A program made the position numbers and the translations under genes. A model generated the notes under the pieces. That model searched no databases. It was given only the letters and a program-made list of their open reading frames with translations, and was not told the DNA's origin. Of a stretch of 64,000 bases of DNA, positions 62,873 to 64,000 are shown piece by piece. Numbering within the stretch: the stretch's first letter is position 1; each line of letters starts with the position of its first letter. The DNA is from Patescibacteria group bacterium (lineage in GTDB: Bacteria; Patescibacteriota; CPR2; UBA1875; CAIMLA01), in assembly GCA_041738615.1 (NCBI GenBank), contig JBGSPL010000004.1, positions 129,203 to 193,202 of the forward strand. Reading direction: 5' to 3'.

Positions 62873-64000
62873 ATGAAACCTAGAAAAGCTCAGCTAAATT
62901 CAGTGTGGAAACGAGCTACAAGGCTACTATCAAAGAGTAGTAATTTTAGGTTACTCAGTTTTTCGTCATTGCGAGGGGCGAAGCAATCTCCTCCCCCCCG
63001 CAACGTCATTCCGGACCCCGCCTCGACCGTATACGATTCGGGCAGGTTGTTCCGGAATCTCTCTGTGTCGCTCTTACGTTTATTGTCATTTGCCTGGTCA
63101 TTATTCAAGGTAGCTCTCTCCTTTTTGGCAAAGAATATCATCCTGGGCATTATAAGAAGCATCGATTATCTAATTAAGCTGCTTCAGATTCTTCGATATG
63201 AACTCACCTACAAGTTCCATCTCAAGGTTCGCTCGGTACATGACACCTTGGTCATACGGGTCCCGGTCTATAAAAAAGCTACCGAACACAAGCTAGCTGT
63301 GCCAGTGAGGAACGCTACCGTGTCCGCATTCTTAGTCTCATTTCTGCTTTTTACATTTGTGCAGTATGTATTGCCGAACCTCAACCTTTTTACTCCGAAT
63401 AAAGCCTACGCAGGGTCCAATAGTAAAACATGGACTACGAATGCAGACTTCAGAAATAATAAAGCCTCTTATTGTGTAGAAGGTAATCCAGGCACCAATA
63501 TTCCGTCGAATGTAGTAGTGTCTGGAACGACCTACAGCTCTGTGAATAATTGTCAAAATCAGGATACAAATAATGCCGCAGATTTGAGCCTAAACACAGG
63601 TCCCTTTCCTGATCCGAATTCAATTACTTCGGCAGGGTCTATCTCGACCGGTAATTATGGGGGCATGACAGCAGATCCTACTTCAAATAAATTGTATGTT
63701 GCAAATTACATAACCAATAAACTAGACATAGTTAACACACTCACTAACACAGTAACAAATTCTATTTCTACGGGCAATCGGACCCGCGAAGTAGCTATCA
63801 ATCAAGTTTCAAGAAAGGCCTATGTAACTGTTGCTGTGGATCCACCGTCATCTAGTAAGATAGTGGTAATAGATTTAAATACAGAGACAGTAATCAAATC
63901 CTTAGTAATTAGTAATATTGGTGGTACATTAGCCGTTAACCTGAGCACAAATAAAATATATGCGACGTCAGGGTCATCGCTTTATGTTATTGATGGTGTT
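62873..64000 (+). CDS. Giant surface protein paralog 3, with a divergent and longer N-terminal leader; truncated at the window end
   Basis: ATG at 62873 opens a frame that runs to the window end. RYELTYKFHLKVRSVHDTLV...AVPVRNATVSAFLVSFLLFTFVQYVLP aligns with the N-terminal anchor region of paralogs 1 and 2. It is followed by NHL/YVTN-like beta-propeller-type repeats (KLYVANYITNKLDIV...KIYATSGSSLYVIDG). Confidence 0.65.
   Translation, partial: MKPRKAQLNSVWKRATRLLSKSSNFRLLSFSSLRGAKQSPPPRNVIPDPASTVYDSGRLFRNLSVSLLRLLSFAWSLFKVALSFLAKNIILGIIRSIDYLIKLLQILRYELTYKFHLKVRSVHDTLVIRVPVYKKATEHKLAVPVRNATVSAFLVSFLLFTFVQYVLPNLNLFTPNKAYAGSNSKTWTTNADFRNNKASYCVEGNPGTNIPSNVVVSGTTYSSVNNCQNQDTNNAADLSLNTGPFPDPNSITSAGSISTGNYGGMTADPTSNKLYVANYITNKLDIVNTLTNTVTNSISTGNRTREVAINQVSRKAYVTVAVDPPSSSKIVVIDLNTETVIKSLVISNIGGTLAVNLSTNKIYATSGSSLYVIDGV

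Noticed and set aside
1-64000. CRISPR arrays, rRNA genes, transposases or integrases
   Set aside because: No short regularly spaced direct repeats, no rRNA consensus stretches and no recognisable transposase or integrase ORFs were seen. The GC-rich islands lack terminal inverted or direct repeats apart from the duplicated promoter at island 0.

Overview
This 64 kb window looks like a contiguous stretch of a small-genome bacterial chromosome. Compact gene packing, several TTG and GTG starts, about 45% GC in core genes and giant surface proteins fit an uncultivated Patescibacteria/CPR-like lineage, but that assignment is inference only.

Four things stand out.

1. Core information-processing and repair genes. 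These include tmRNA (ssrA) with its partner smpB about 5 kb away, argS, typA/bipA, pyrG, pheS-pheT, tsaC, dinB, rmuC, an AlkD-like DNA alkylation repair gene, an MGMT-family gene, MutT-like and other Nudix hydrolases, an MFS transporter, a small glycan-synthesis cluster, and a divergent Elp3 plus Trm9-like tRNA modification pair.

2. Six GC-rich islands of about 60% GC, each 0.4-1.2 kb, inserted between core genes. Each carries a near-perfect sigma70-type promoter (TTGACA-17-TATAAT class). Most end in an intrinsic terminator. Their content is either tiny ORFs with strong GGAGG Shine-Dalgarno sites or apparently non-coding RNA of unknown class. One island carries two tandem transcripts of about 550-600 nt, each promoter- and terminator-bounded.

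3. A tandem array of at least three giant paralogous surface-protein genes: 2918 aa, 3097 aa and a third cut off by the window end.
- They share a TTG start, 5'UTR, N-terminal signal-anchor and an almost identical C-terminus.
- The ectodomains are swapped: a 7-blade propeller plus a DUF1566 lectin-like domain in paralog 1, versus more than 20 RCC1-type repeats in paralog 2, with Ig-like and many FN3 domains in both.
- A copy of one conserved terminator hairpin motif sits upstream of each of the three genes (the hairpin before paralog 3 differs by one base).

4. Smaller oddities.
- The ArgRS has lost its HIGH motif.
- One Nudix gene is frameshifted.
- A serine hydrolase plus peptidase S51 module is duplicated side by side.
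- A possible SemiSWEET-like mini membrane protein sits between pheS and pheT.

No rRNA genes, no CRISPR array, no transposase or integrase, and no convincing tRNA gene were found. tRNAs were checked by eye only.
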